Shown here in pieces: positions 36,861 to 51,410 of a stretch of 64,000 bases of DNA. The DNA lies in assembly GCF_018977255.1 (NCBI RefSeq), contig NW_024704751.1, forward strand, positions 8,618,001 through 8,682,000, read 5' to 3'. The notes below the pieces were generated by a model. The model saw nothing but the letters and a program-made list of their open reading frames with translations, had not been told where the DNA came from and did no database searches. Position 1 is the stretch's first letter; every line of letters starts with the position of its first letter. The stretch is from Callorhinchus milii. Taxonomy: Eukaryota. The translations under genes were made by a program, and so were the position numbers.

Positions 36861-39800
36861 ATAGCGCCTTATCATGTCGTTGAGACGTCGCAAAGCGCTT
36901 CAGAGAACGTGAAGTGGACTGACTGTGTAATTTGTGGCACACCTTTCAAGTCAGGAGGTATCTGTTTTTACAGGATTTACAGTATAGAGCAGCGACTATG
37001 TTGTTGGGCTGGATTTGGTTCTGCTCTCATGTCCTCCACGCAAGAAAAACCCGCTGAGCTGTGCTGTTGAACCTCGCTGGTGAAGAATGGCTTTGTCAGC
37101 ACGTCTGGGGCTAGGGCTACCTTTGGAAGATGGGCAAGAGGAACAAAGTTGAATAAAATATTTGCTTTCTCACCCCAGGAAAATTGGACAATAAAGTCTC
37201 TCAGTAATCAAATAAACTAATGAGAAAGCTGGTCTCCTGACTGGAGGATACGGTGCAATAGAGTGTGGCTCCTTTCACCTCTGCGACTTCCTTGAATAAG
37301 TCTCCACAAGCCATCATTTCCCAGGTGATTTTATTGGCTAGGTATATTATAAACATACATTACACTACATGCTACAGAAAATAAAAGGTGGATTTCAATC
37401 ATCGTGGAGGATATAGTATTATAGATGGCACATCTCTTCATATTAACACAATGGATTCATACTTCCACAATAATAATCCTGATTTCACTCCTCCGTCAGC
37501 ACACGAACAGGACACGATACAATTACAAAAATAGCCTCTTGAATAGTGACTTGCATTTACTGTGAGGGAGACGGATGTTAAAAGTCACGGGTTCAACCTT
37601 CCCTTTATAAAAGAAAAACAAAACCAAATAGTTTTTTTTCCCCTGTTCAATCTTCCTCCCTCCTCTCACGAAGGCACTGCTGGAGCCCAGGCCCTCCACT
37701 AACCTCTGGCTGTAGCTATCCTCGGTGAGTGAGGTTGCTGGACAGTGAGTGTCGGCTAGCTATTCAAACAGACACGAAGGGTACCACAGCCTGGCATCAT
37801 CCCAGCTCCATTCACAAACATTTTCCAGCAGTGAACAGGAGCAAGCTCCCCTTTGGTTTCTCCCTCCTCTCTGTAGAGGCACCAAGCTCCATTGTAGAGA
37901 CCCTCCTGATCCCCGGGATTGAATCGGGTACCTTCCTCGTCTGTGGTCCTTACCCCCTTGCAGTATTCCTTGCCCACAAAGCTAGACATTCATTCCCCTT
38001 CCCGAGAAATAGGAATGTTCACTGTTTTCAGGAATTCAGAGTGGCTTGGGGTAGAGGAATGTTTAAGCGTAGGGATGGGGTAGAGGAATGTTAAGTGTAG
38101 GGATGGAAAAGCGTACACTTGTTGAACACCCAGAACCGTTAGTGGCTGTGCTCAGTTTGAAAGTGCAAGGTTACGTCCCAAAAACAAAGACGGACTTTTT
38201 CAGGCTCACGATTACTTTTAACGACACAGAAACAGAAATGAGACACCAGCAAGGCCATCCAGAAGAATGGTCTTGTTAACACATTATTTAGTAGCAGCTG
38301 ATTTCTGTACCCCCATCAAACTGAAGCATCATATCCATGCTCGCACTCTATTCGGAAAGTACCGTATCATTTAAATTTAGTGTCAAAAGTTGCAACCAGT
38401 CTTCTGATTTTAAGCCCTTTACAGAACAAGACTAAATCACCAGCTTCATTTTGATTTTACTGTATGTTCACTGTGATTCTTTATGGAAAAAAGGCATAAT
38501 TTTTCTTAAAAAATGCGATAAAATTGAAGAAATCTTTGTTTGCATCGAAGTACTGAGAACAAATTGGATTTTAATATTATTGAGACTGAGTGGCACACAG
38601 GAGCAGATCCTGCAACATTAAGTTGACCCATAAATGTTTCAGCAGTGTGCGAACACCGAGATCTTTCTCATAGTCACGAAACTTAAACCTTTTCCAACCT
38701 GAGCACTTTACAAGCAAGCTGTCGAGATATGGACAGATCGCTTGTGCAATACTCAAGACATTATCCCACAAAGCTGTCCCTACCCTTGCGCCAAATGATA
38801 GATCTCAGTATTTTCCTCACATTCAAATCTCTGCCAAGTGTTCTGACCACAAACTGCTGCATTGCAGAGAAATTCAGCTTGTTTTTGTCCACGTGAGTGC
38901 TGGATTTCCTCCTTTCTTCTGCTGACAATAGTGCCGTGAGTTCCCTGGGGAACAGACAATATTGCTAATGCAATTTCTTCTCAACCCGTCACATGGGCCA
39001 AGACACTTGGCAGAGAACTTTGTGCGCAAAGGGCTATTTTAGATATAGGTCGGAATGTTTTTTCTCTTCTCTTTAACCCACCCCACCCCTCTCCTTTGTA
39101 ATCATCAACCCTGCCCCGCGCCCCCACAGCCCCCGAACCTTCCCCTGTCTGGTCAGTTTTCGATTTTCACTGAGACAAATTCGCAGATTCATTTCAAAGA
39201 ACGTGCGTGAAAGTTGATTCTGAGCAATCCACGTGCAAGCAAGCAACCAAACTTCGGATTCAACCAATACGCATCGATGCGGTCGGCCATTCATTCACTG
39301 GTAGGGCGGCAAGTAAGAGAAATTTCAAATACCGAATCAAATAGAGGGCAACGCTGTGCAAAGCCACACAAGTTCTAATCCCCTACTGCCGAGCTTGCGA
39401 TCCGAAGGAAGCTTCTGCTGGGAGGTGGTGGGAGATCGAGGGAGGGAGAGAAGTGATCAAGTCATTGGGGCTTTCTCCTAGCAGCCAGTCAACTGCAGCA
39501 TGAGGAAATGGGCCCCCACCCACCACTCTCAGCTACAATAAATTGCATTTACACAGCGCCTTTCACGTCGGGAGGATGCCCAAAGGCGTTGGGACAGTCC
39601 GGGATATGGACACTGGGTACTGGAAGGAGCGACCTTGTTCTGCTGCTGGAGGTATTCTCTACACTCCCATTGCACCTAGTACACCGTCCAGACCAATCAA
39701 TGGGAAATTATTCAGTGCAGTGAGTGACTTCTGGTACCCAAAGCTCTTCGCCGATCCAGGACTGAAGTGCATTTGGTGTAGATGGGCGTCAAAGCTTTAC

Positions 39801-40889
39801 GGTAAGAGCTAATCACAGCCAGCGCAAAAGACCGAGTCAGCAGCAGCAAACGCATTGTATTTTGGAATCACCCCCATTCCAGAGTGTGGCCATCAAAACA
39901 GGAAATCAGGATTCCACTGTATCAACAGCTATTGATACAACAGAGAGAAAAAAAAGGGGACATCACAAGATCTTGATACAAGGAGCTACTGCTACAGGGA
40001 CGTGATTTTCGGAACTCCAGCGACCTTGCCCCGGATTCCTCACGTCAGATTATAATCCCCAATTTGCTTCTAAAAACGCCAATTGCGCTGGGACGAGTCC
40101 GTAGACACAAGGGAATCTCTATTAGACGGCATTGGCTGGAGGTTCAACTGTAGCCGACGTCAAAGCTGAATCCGGTCATGTCTACACTAGCATCGAACAG
40201 ACGTGCCCGGAGAGTAATAAAGGAGCAGCATTTTTATTTGATTCCTACCCATCCCCACTCCGATTCTCAGGCCAATTGTACTACCACAATGGCTGACATC
40301 AGCTAACCTACCATAAAGCTGGGATGTTCCTGGCTGAAAAGCACAGTGTGCGAATGCACTCTACTACTGAGCCACCGAGGCAGATGCATTATGCTTTTCT
40401 AATCCCACCTCCTATTACAAAGTCATCTGATGCTGCACTTTTTCAGTTGCTGCTCAACAGTGTTCGTGTCGCTGTGGACCTGGAGATCGCTAACTCGTCT
40501 TTTCAAGATTGTAAAAAACATTGCAAAAAAAAAGCATGAGAACTATAGATTAAAAGTCTGTGCCGTCTACCTTCAGAACACAACAGTACACATGAACTGT
40601 ATCTGGTCAAAGTAGTGTTTCAGAATCCGATTTAAGACTTTGCTTTTCAGGTAAACTATCCGATAAACAGAATGATTATTTATGTGCATTACAGAAATAT
40701 ATGGACAGCAGTCAGCTGTCAGTGCCGTGTACAGAAGTGCCGAGTACAGTAAAAACTGCGACAAAATGATTGGAATACATTAAAAAAATTAATAAGTCAG
40801 AAATAGAAACTAGCCAGTAATCTCCACAAGAACCACTGATAATGTCACAACAAAATAATACACATGGCAAACTACTTGAAATTGTTCCG

Positions 40890-40895
40890 TTTATT
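40890..40895 (-). terminator. Candidate distal poly(A) signal of CRK (implies a 3' UTR of about 5.1 kb)
   Basis: AATAAA on the minus strand followed by GU/U-rich sequence. I saw no young SINEs between 40900 and 46037. Another AATAAA lies at 41776-41771. Confidence 0.5.
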
Positions 40896-43800
40896 AGCTG
40901 TGCAAATCACACGGTAGTGGTTGAAAAAATTACAAAAAGCTTAATTGGAGCAAGCTGGGGCTTGCTTGTGTGTTTAGTGTTTTTGCACAGTGTAGTGTCA
41001 TCACACTGAGAACAAGCCCAGACTTCCACATCTACTTTAATCATCTCTAGAATTCACATAATGCTCGAATACAATACTCGATTGGCACCAATTAAAGGTC
41101 ATTAATTCTTCAAGTGTCAATCAAGTTGGGATATCAACAGGATTCCCTTCAAATATGATCAGAAGAGGCTGCTGTTAACACAAAATCATGCCCGGTATCT
41201 GTGTTTGCATAGATTTGGGATTGATACTTTTCTTTTACACAGACTACACACTTTCAAATACTGTCAGTATCGTTTGATCTGGGTAAGCTGAGCAATGCCA
41301 GGGAGCAGGATTTCAATGGTTCAAATCATCTCTATTCCTTCCTGCCCAATTTCTCGTTTTTCTTTTTAACATACGTGATTATTCTTCTCATCTCCCTCCC
41401 TGTTCAATATTAGTTAGGCAAATACAAGCTCTAAACTAAAGTGTTTACACAACTCACTGAATGGCAGGAACTCAACTTTACGTAAAAAGTATTTCCAAAC
41501 CAACTCAAAGAGAAGTTTTCTCTTCTGAACAGTAATGAAACCCAACCAATGACCCACTAAATGGCTAAGTGTGTGGCAGAAGTGACACTGGATCACCAGC
41601 AAAGAAAGCTCAGCAATGAAATTCCATCAGTCACACATGCATCTGTTGTGTGTCTTTAAACTGTGCATTGCACAGTGACAATATTCCAGACTGATGTCAT
41701 TTAAAAAAAAACACTTAGCTGAATTAGCACAGTTCGAGGTGAGAATTAGTGATAATTAATCTTTTAACCGTTTATTGACTAGAAAGACAGGTCTACATCT
41801 CACTTGCCTCGAGTTTCGTGTGCTGAGCTGAGCAGATCAGTCACTGATCCTACAGACAGTTTAAAGAGCAAGCAGTTAAAGCAGACACCGTATTTTAATC
41901 CCTTGGGAATGTAAACATCTAATAAGCAGTTATGTTATGAAATCTATTTGGACAACCAGGCTAATCGCTGCATCTAATGGATGATCTGTGAGCATGACGC
42001 ACCAGCTTAATCTGGGCCTGTGGTGCAATTTCTCTGTACAGGGTCTTCACCAAACAGTTTCATTATCAAGACATTCGATATTAAACCCGGGACAATATTT
42101 TGCCAGCCCACAGGTGAGATATAGGCCAGGTTACTTTCACACACATCCCAGTAGCAAAAAACAGAACTGGACTGATGCGGGCTATAATCTGGGAGGGGTG
42201 GTCTTTCCTATTGAGAGGTCAGCATAGACCTTGGGGAGGAGGGGGTGCAAAAATATTTGACTTTTAAAACAAATTCTTGCATTGTCTATTTGCCAACTTT
42301 AAGGACAGTCCATGATTCTGAGCAAAGCTGCACATTACAGTGGAATATCCACCAAGATTGCAGTGCGCCAATGATGCTACATCATAGCTCTAAGCCACTA
42401 ATGATTTTCTTTCCTGGTTTCACTTGCTGTGGCTACTTGCAGCTAAACTTGCTCTCTGGTTGATAAAGTGAAACACGAATCTCAAAATTGGTTTTGATGG
42501 GGCCTTGCCATTAATTCAAATCCTGAGCCACAGACACCAGCAGCCAGCTAATAAGAATAGAGTTCAGCATTTACAACAGCTTTAATGAATAGAGAACCAT
42601 CTACATGAAGAGAAGAGGATGCCATAGCTTCAGATATAGCTGCAGAAAAGGGAGCTTTTTCCAGGGTCACAAAAAAACAAGCATCAGCTGAGCATGGCGT
42701 AGCACTGAGCCGCACAGAAAAGGTGAGCTGAGTTGGGTCAGGTTTGGCTTGAGATGTTTCCTCTTCGAAGCCAGAACGAAAGCCTGAATTCTAATGCTTA
42801 TCCCGTTGAATAAACAAATTGCAAACACAACAATCCCAGGCATCAACATTTCAACACTTTCGAATTGTAAACCGTGATTGGTAGATGGTGCCAATAGGAA
42901 GGCAGAGGGAGTCGGTCACGATTCAATACATGATGATTAAAATACTGATCAGCATATAGATGATTACACACCTAGGGTCATTGTTAAGAGGAAGGTAATC
43001 CATACAATCACCAACAAAAAACTAAAGGTCCAAAACACTAACTGGCTGGAAATACTCATTGCTTAAGATTACGAGGTGATGAAAAATATAAAGCCATGTG
43101 CCCAGTTCACATTATCAGTGCCTTTAACCCACCACAGATTCCTACCCTGATTTCATACAGCATTGTGTGGCCTTCTGCAGCGATTCTCAATCAGCTCTTC
43201 TCTAAACTGGTGAAAGATCAATTTTTTTTTATTTTGGCAGTTAAATTATTTGGGCACGCTCAAAAACACTGCACATGCCAAGTTAAAACTGTATTATACG
43301 TAAAAAAGACCTTCACCACACCCCGCCTCTCCCCCACCAGCTTTGAACAGCTCAAGTTAGTGATTATTTTAATGATCATTGCTGACCTTTGGTACGTAAA
43401 GCAACACTTGTGCTTTGACATGGAATCTGTCTGTCGTCCTGCAGGCACACGTTTAGAAAGCTGTAACTGCCAACAGAAGGGAGATGCAACCAGTTAAAGT
43501 GCTCTCCACTCAAGGAGTTTATATCTGGCACAGAGCAAATTGTGTTCACTCACAACAGCACTAATCCCATTACATTTAAAATTCTCACACACTGTTTTGT
43601 CAAATCAATACCATCATGTTCAGCGCTGTCAGATAGAACCAATGGTATCCTTACACCCTCCTTTACATCTATAGTGTTTTAAAAAAAAAGCAATGAATGA
43701 AACTGCAGCCGTCAAACACTAGGCCCAAACAATTAATTGATACCGCGTGCAACAGAGCGGGGAACAGAAAGCCATCGACACTTCTGACCAGAGGCGAGCT

Positions 43801-46037
43801 AACATTACAAGACACCCATTCAGGAATTAACAGGTTACAGTTAATGTTTGGCACAATCAGTTACACTGATCTATACTGTAGTTACTATTCTAGCCCCTCC
43901 CCAATCTGTTGCATGCAGTCTTGGCGCTTTTCTGGGGGCACCGATTTATATATACAGGTGATGACGAGTGGAGCGAAAGGATACCACAGGTTCCAACTTG
44001 TATTTTACTTGCATAAAAGTGTGCTGTTATTGACATTGTGCCCAAAGGTAAGTGCAGGGGGACAACAACAATCCAGTTTCCACATGGCGAACAAAAATTT
44101 TGGTTTCAAACAGCCAAGATACAATTATAATCACAATGCTGTTCGAACACTGATTATTTTTTTTAAAAGCTAATTGGACCCTATCGATTAAAGGAATGAT
44201 CTTTCTCCCTCTCAACTAGGAGTCTTCTCCAAAGGCCAGCAAAAGCTGAAGCAATCCCCATGGACGACTTGATCATTTCCTCTTCCGGCTCTTTTTTCAT
44301 TTCCACATGAGTTGTCTTGGAGTGTGGTGAGTCAAGGTGTATTCTGCACCTTGTTGTACGTACCCAAATACTGGGACTAAAGTCATCATTTAGCAATTCT
44401 AGAACAATAAATACATCCACGTTCTTATTGTAGGTTACAGTTCTAAATCAGAGCAAAGAAAATACAGAATTAATCGCATTGGGAGTTTGAAAATCAAATG
44501 TACAGGATTGGGATAAATCAAAAAAATCAGAGCTGGACCTTGCAAAGAAAATGTTTAAAATTAAAAGTTAAAGTGAAGATAACTAGGTTACAATCTAACT
44601 GTGTTGTATGTTGTAAATAACATGAATAAGAGATTAAGACAACTAGAGATTACAGGCCAGTTCACAACAACACTTCAGAGCACTTGCTGTTCCATTGGAT
44701 CTCTCGAACAGGTGGCATCAATCGTGAAAAAACACACACACGTTTTAACAAGGGAGCACCTTTGGTTGGAAACAAAGGAAAACTGGATTCTCTCACTTCT
44801 GGTCCCCATCTGGCAGTTTAAGATCCTGACAGACTCGATGAGCAAACTAGGAATTACCCCAAGGTGTAGCGAGGCTAGTGCCAGGAGAACTTTAATCTCA
44901 CGTCTATTACATCGGAATCGCTTGTGTACAGAATACTCAATCCGCTGGTGTGAGACTATACACCACCATGGGAAGAAGTGAATATTACATGTGTCCTTCT
45001 TACCCACCAGTAATAGTTTAATCCAGCATTAACTGGCAGTGAACATAATTTGAAACCTTTGCGTCCCCTTTGTTTTCTTGTAGTGTTTCTGTTCTTAGTG
45101 TTTTGTTTTCCAGCAATGCCAGAGAGCTTCAGAATAGACACTGCTGGAGGGGAGAGGGGTTTATATAAAGACTTGGCATTTTTCAGTTTTTGAGAAAGTT
45201 ATCATTTGAGAGAAGGCTGCAATCACAACCAATCCGAGGTTAAATTGGCTGAAAGGTGAAAATGAAACCCCCCTCACCCCTAAGATTCTCTCAGTATAGT
45301 GTTCTTGTCAAAACCGTGTTGAATTACTTTACATGCATTAACGCTGAAGGTCACTCACTCATTGTCGAGATACCATGTCAGCCCATACACAAAATTAAAT
45401 TGTCTCTAAAGATTACAATTAAAAAAATTCTCCTGATTGCTAAATATGATTCACTGAGGCCATTGAAAGTACAGTATTAAGCTTATTAAAGCACCTGCAA
45501 TCAGGTCAATTTGGGCCCAAACCGGTAGCAAATGTTCCCCCATTCAGTAGTGTTTAGTAGTTACAACTGAGACCTGCCAAGTTTGTGTACGTGTGTGTAA
45601 TGAGGAGTGTGATGGATTAAACCCGTTCACTTTTTAAATACACATACACGTTCTAGTAGGCACAGCTTAACCAATCAGAATGCTGGCGTGGTTGTCAACT
45701 TAGGTAACGAGGCAACATTTTCAATGATGACACTGGAAGGAAAAAAAAACTGATAGACAAGGCTGCACACACGAGGTGCGCATCGTGTTCGACACACAAG
45801 CTAAAGGTTGATTTAGAGATCAGCGGCAGCACTGAACACCACACGTCATCAATATCCTCCTCTCCAATCCATACACTGCAGACACAAAGAGGGCTTTCTT
45901 TTGATGAGTCAAAAATGATCTTACAGGGCTAGTGTAAACATCAATGGGTCAGTTTGGGGAAATAAACAGCCAAGGAAAGCTTGCTCCCATCCATAATTCA
46001 AATCACTATTTTCTTCTGTTTTTAAAAACAAACGCAC

Positions 46038-46259
<222 letters not shown>

Positions 46260-48529
46260 TCAATCAGGGTGCTCTGTGTCAATTGTCCAATACATTGGGC
46301 ACAAGTAAAGATAATAATGGAGAGAATCTGAGATTCATATTTTTTCCCATTCATATTTTAGCAGTCTCCAAAATCCAGTGAATCTATGAGAAGTTTGCAG
46401 CTTAACAATTTTGGGTTGTCCCAACTATGAAAGGAATATCCTTCACGATCCGTGTGAATTTGAGGAAGTTATCAGCAGAGAAAATTTTATCCTTTTTTTT
46501 TGCTAGTTTTACAATGAACTAGAATTGGTCTTCAATCATTTTAACAAATTACAATGGGGTCTCAAGCACTGAAAATGAAATACCACCAAGGCATAGGCCT
46601 TTCAAGGTTTCGGGGTGTACGAAAAGAAAAAAAAAGACAGGAAAAAAGGGAAAAGCTTACAGAACAAAACAAAATAAAGGGAGACGTGGGGTTAAAGTCA
46701 AATCTTTTTGGTAATTGCACTAGCAATTATGTTGTCAAAATCAGGTAAACAACATCAGGAAGTGGAATGCTTACTGTTCTGCCTCCTCCAGAGATCGGTT
46801 ACATTATGAAGTTAGATTAAATTTGCCAGCTCTCTCTCTCTCTCTTCCTGCCTTGTAATTCTAATACTTGACGAGTACACAATGTTTCAAAAGTATTGGG
46901 ATTGGGTAGAATACAACTTTACAAGCCTTCAAAACATTACTGAAAACATCACATGCCGCTTTCATGTCACCTTAGGTACCAGTTACCCATCACAATCATT
47001 TAGCATTCAGCAATGATATTGGAGTAGCAGATCCTTCAGTTTAGCTCTGCTTCACTCTACCAAATCCACAGAAATGTTCGGCTTTGCTGTAGCTTGTAGA
47101 AAGTACCACTGATCTCTCAGCGTTACTGAGCTGTAGCCTGACACAATCAGCACAAAACAGGCTGTTGCTGGACCCTGGAAGAGATTCTGTCAAGGGACTG
47201 GCATCAATCCAAACCTAACTTCTGAATTAAGATTTAAACAAGAGCAAGGTTTCTTTTTCCACAACACAGACTAAATTAGAGTTAACAGCCAACTCTTAGA
47301 ATTCACAACAGCCATAATGAGAGTCAATGGCACATTCACTGGCATGTGGGAAGACGAAAGATTTCAGTCATTCACAAGAAGGGAAAGAACCTGTTGAACT
47401 GTGCCTCACACATCTCTGCCAAACTGTAATGCTGCATATTCTGGCCTCGTCTAAATAAACTACTGTAATCGCCAACCAGGCGTACAGAGACTGCCTTGCC
47501 TGCAGAAGACATTCACTCTATGTCAGAAGTCTTCTCTATATCCTGTACCACAATAGTGTATTGTATAAACTGATTATCCCTGGCTGTGGAAAAGCGTCTG
47601 ACAAACTGGAGTGGAACCACCCGATGCATGTGCTGAAGGAAATGAATTCTGGCAAAGCTTCGTCAAACGGTCATCCTCCTCTAGTCAAGCTCACTGTGCA
47701 ATGTTCTCCAAGTATTGTATCAACCTCCAACAGAACTAAAAGATTTGAAACATATAATTGCACAAATCCACTAAATATTTCTCTTTCCCCTTGCATTCGA
47801 TCCCTGAGGCAAATATTACCAGCAGTTATCAGTTGGCTACTTGGCTGCACTCTCCCCTCAGTCTTAATGGCGCGAGTTCAAACTCCACTTGGTACTATAG
47901 CATGTCTGGATGATTCAAAAACTTATTAAACGAGGAGGAAAGAATTCTCTCACGATTGCAGTCTTGATTGCAAATTAACTTTAGGGTCAGTGGCTTGAAT
48001 GAAGCAATCTAAAAGTCGTATGACTCATTATGAGCAGGAGCCGCTGAGGTCTGATGACCAAGAGCAGACTAACATTCTTTCAGGCAAAGGAGTCAGACAT
48101 TAGAAATTCGACAGGTTCAGACTACTGCATCAGGTCAGCGTTTATATTTTATAATTGGTGCCTTCCTCACCTGAGAAAATACTGTGCACCGTCTCATCGC
48201 TGACAGCCACAGATATCTAAAGAGTGACTCACTTCAGAAGAGAAGGAAATGTTATCATCACGGCAACACCCTACATCTCCCAGAGGAAATTTCAACACAA
48301 GTCCAAATGTTAAACTTTTCTTAAGATTTACCCCAAATGTCATCCCTTTTTAAAAAAAAATCAAAGCAGAACAAACAATGATTAACATGAACACCTATTT
48401 GTTTGTCTACGTCTTTCCCTCTTCGTGTTACTGTTTCAAGAGCAAATACAGACTGAATCCCACATGTGTATATTGGAATAGTTCCTCAAGTGAGCCAGCT
48501 GATAATAATAATAATAATCCTTGCATTTG

Positions 48530-48725
48530 ATAACTGCTCCCTCAATCCCAACACCTTGCCCCCTCTCTCCCCTCTTTCAAGTCCTGCCTGAAAACTTTCC
48601 TCTTCGACCGTGCTTATGGCTACCTCCCCCTCCCTCCAGCTTGAAGTCAGGCTCCGCCACCGTTAAGCGCTCTGAGACATTACCCTATGCAGAGGGCACT
48701 GTATAAGTGCAAATTGTTGTTGTTT
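48530..48725 (+). mobile_element. L2 LINE 3' end
   Basis: TTTCAAGTCCTGCCTGAAAACTTTCCTCTTCGACCGTGCTTA (FKS.LKTFLF) then AAGCGCTCTGAGAC...TATAAGTGCAAATTGTTGTTGTT. Confidence 0.75.
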
Positions 48726-51274
48726 GGTTATGGAGCCTGTCAGTTAGCTCTTAAATCACCTGCCAACTTTATGCTGAATCACACCGAGGTTTCAACAATC
48801 ACCAGTGACGTGAATTCGGTTTCTTCACAGTTAAGCTTATGGCGGCACTCCCTAACAACTTAGCAGTGATCACTCTTCAAACAAATAAAAGCTAAACATT
48901 AACAGAAGTGGGCATGGCAAAATGTGAATCAATAGTTGTTTTTATAATCGTTGGATTTCAAAGAGATCCGGTGGTAAACATTTTACAAACTACAGATCAA
49001 ACCATACAGTTGAGTGGATCCAAGTAAGCTTTGGTTCATCCGGGTTTTTCGAAGCAACCTGCACCTGTTTTTTCCAAGCTGTTAGCTTGGCTCAGTTGTT
49101 GATATCGTGGCTCTCAGAAGGAAGGTTGTAGGCTAAAGCTCCCCACTGACCCATGGCTCCCAAAACAGCTGTAATGCGCAGTCAAACACCCAATTTTCAG
49201 GAGCGGACAGTGGATAACACACACAGCATCCTCACATGGTTTGAGCCCTGATCATGCTCGCAGCAGAGGTACTGCATAGAATTAGGGTACTTCCTTCCAG
49301 TGGGCAGAAATGTGTACATGATGCGTCCCCCTAATTGCTCTATTGCTGCTTCATGAAGAGCCTTGAGATCTGGCAGCAGAGCACCTGCCTGGTATTCGAT
49401 GGGAAAATATACAGGAAACTGGGACGAAGGCAAGGGATTCAGAGGAAGCTTTTATTTTGAAAAAGTAATCAATTAACTAGTCCTTCCTGTAAATGATTTT
49501 CTTCCCTAATCCACTCTCCCAAAGTAAAAATTCAATTCTGAAAACAAGAGTGTAACTATAAAAGAGCTGCAACTCCCATTCATGTGACAACCGGATTTGG
49601 GTGAGATTACATCAGTGACCATGTTGCAGGCTATCAATATCCAAACTGGAACCTTTCCAAACAGATTTCAGAGCAATCTTATGGCTTCAACCCTGAGCGC
49701 AAGAAACTCGTATTATTCATTTCCCGGCTGTCAGGAAACACAACAGAAGCATAAGCACTACCCTGGAAGGGTCTCTGCACAGATATTCATGTAAAGGTTC
49801 AGTAAACCTTCTCAAATTCCCTTTTGGAATTCTCTAGGTGATATGAACCGCTTTCTCCATCATGGGCAGGCAGGAAAGGAGGGTATCTAAAAACACAAGT
49901 AATAGGAGAATCTGATTTATAATCAGGGCTCCCACTGGACACTATGGTACACCAGTGAATGCTATAGTGAGTGTAGCTTACAAAATGTGTTTATACATTT
50001 TGTCTAATAACGTGGAGCCATAAATACTACATGAACATTATGGTGCAATAGAGTTAGAGACTCAATCTGCTAAATTTAGTTTCATTGCCATCCCCCAGAC
50101 TAATTAAAAATGTATTTTGAACCAGAATACTATAGGGTTTTGAGGTCAATTCCTCATTTGTGTAATCCTATGGGATTTGTGTTGAAAAATTCAAACTCCC
50201 AGTTGGACTGAACCCTGTGACACACTCTCAGCAGCTCACACTTAGCTGTCAGTTTGTCAATGACACCTCGAATTTCTCGCAGCTGTTTTTGGATTGGCAA
50301 ATTATATTGAAAACAATATTGGTAGTAGTGAGATTTTAGTCTACGTGGGTGGCATGGTGCATTTATATTACAACATGTATTTGTGCATATTCTGGCTACA
50401 CAAAGAGCTCCAGGTCTCTGCTTAAAGAGGTGGGAATTTCTTACCCATTTTATTCAACAAGCAAGAGGCAAGAATCTGTTTCCCTTCCCCCAGACTAACT
50501 GGAGGGGACAGTTAGTCAGGATACAATTCTGCCCGATTGCTATTGTGCAGCCCCCGATGGAATATGTCTATATGGAGCCAACACAGTTCTATGACTAAAA
50601 CGTGAATAGCAACTTGTGGAAGGGATCAGAGAGTTGCTGGCACGAGTCACTGCTTTCAAATGGAGGAGAGAACATTCAAAAAGGCAGAGAGTCCTTTTGA
50701 AAAAGCTAAAGAATTAGAACATTGTTTTGTACTTTGTACAAAGTCAGGGCAGCATTGTCAGGGGAGTATGGAGAGAAGGGAGAGAAGAGAAAATGCTTGC
50801 TGTGAAGAGGGAATAACTAAGCCCCATGGTGCAGGCATTTGAATTGATGTGCACAGTTGAAACAATAGCAGCATTTTCAGGAGCAACAGAAATGTAAAAC
50901 TAATACAGTAGAATGCACCTTTACTTCTCATTTAAGATTGATTTGACACTTATGCAGTCATACTGAGGAGCAAGAACAAAGAAGGACTCCAACCTGGAGA
51001 GTCACCAGCCATCATGAGTAAATTACATCAAGATGTCAATTTTTTTTAGCATTGCAATTTTAGGGGAGGATAAAGTGGGTTTTATAATATTCGCTCTTTA
51101 AAATGAAAACCCACAGCAGCTCACATATCTCATATTCCTCATTTTTTAAACAAAGTTGCATGAATAAATATATCTTTAAAACTGAAAATATAAGAAAATA
51201 ACATACACTACCATTATTTATTTAAAATGCTCTCTTCTAAACCAATGAGTAATTTTGTCTCCCTTTATAATATT

Positions 51275-51410
51275 TCATTGTTTGGAAATTGGCTGCCATG
51301 TTTCTCCCACAAAATATACAGTTAGTCCACTTTACAATATATTTTGAAGTGCTTTGAGACATCTGACGACTTGATAAAGCACTATATCAAATGCAAGGAT
51401 TATTATTATT
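51275..51410 (+). mobile_element. 5'-truncated SINE
   Basis: AATTGGCTGCC...AAATATACAG...AAGTGCTTTGAGAC...TATATCAAATGCAAGGATTATTATTATT. Confidence 0.8.
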
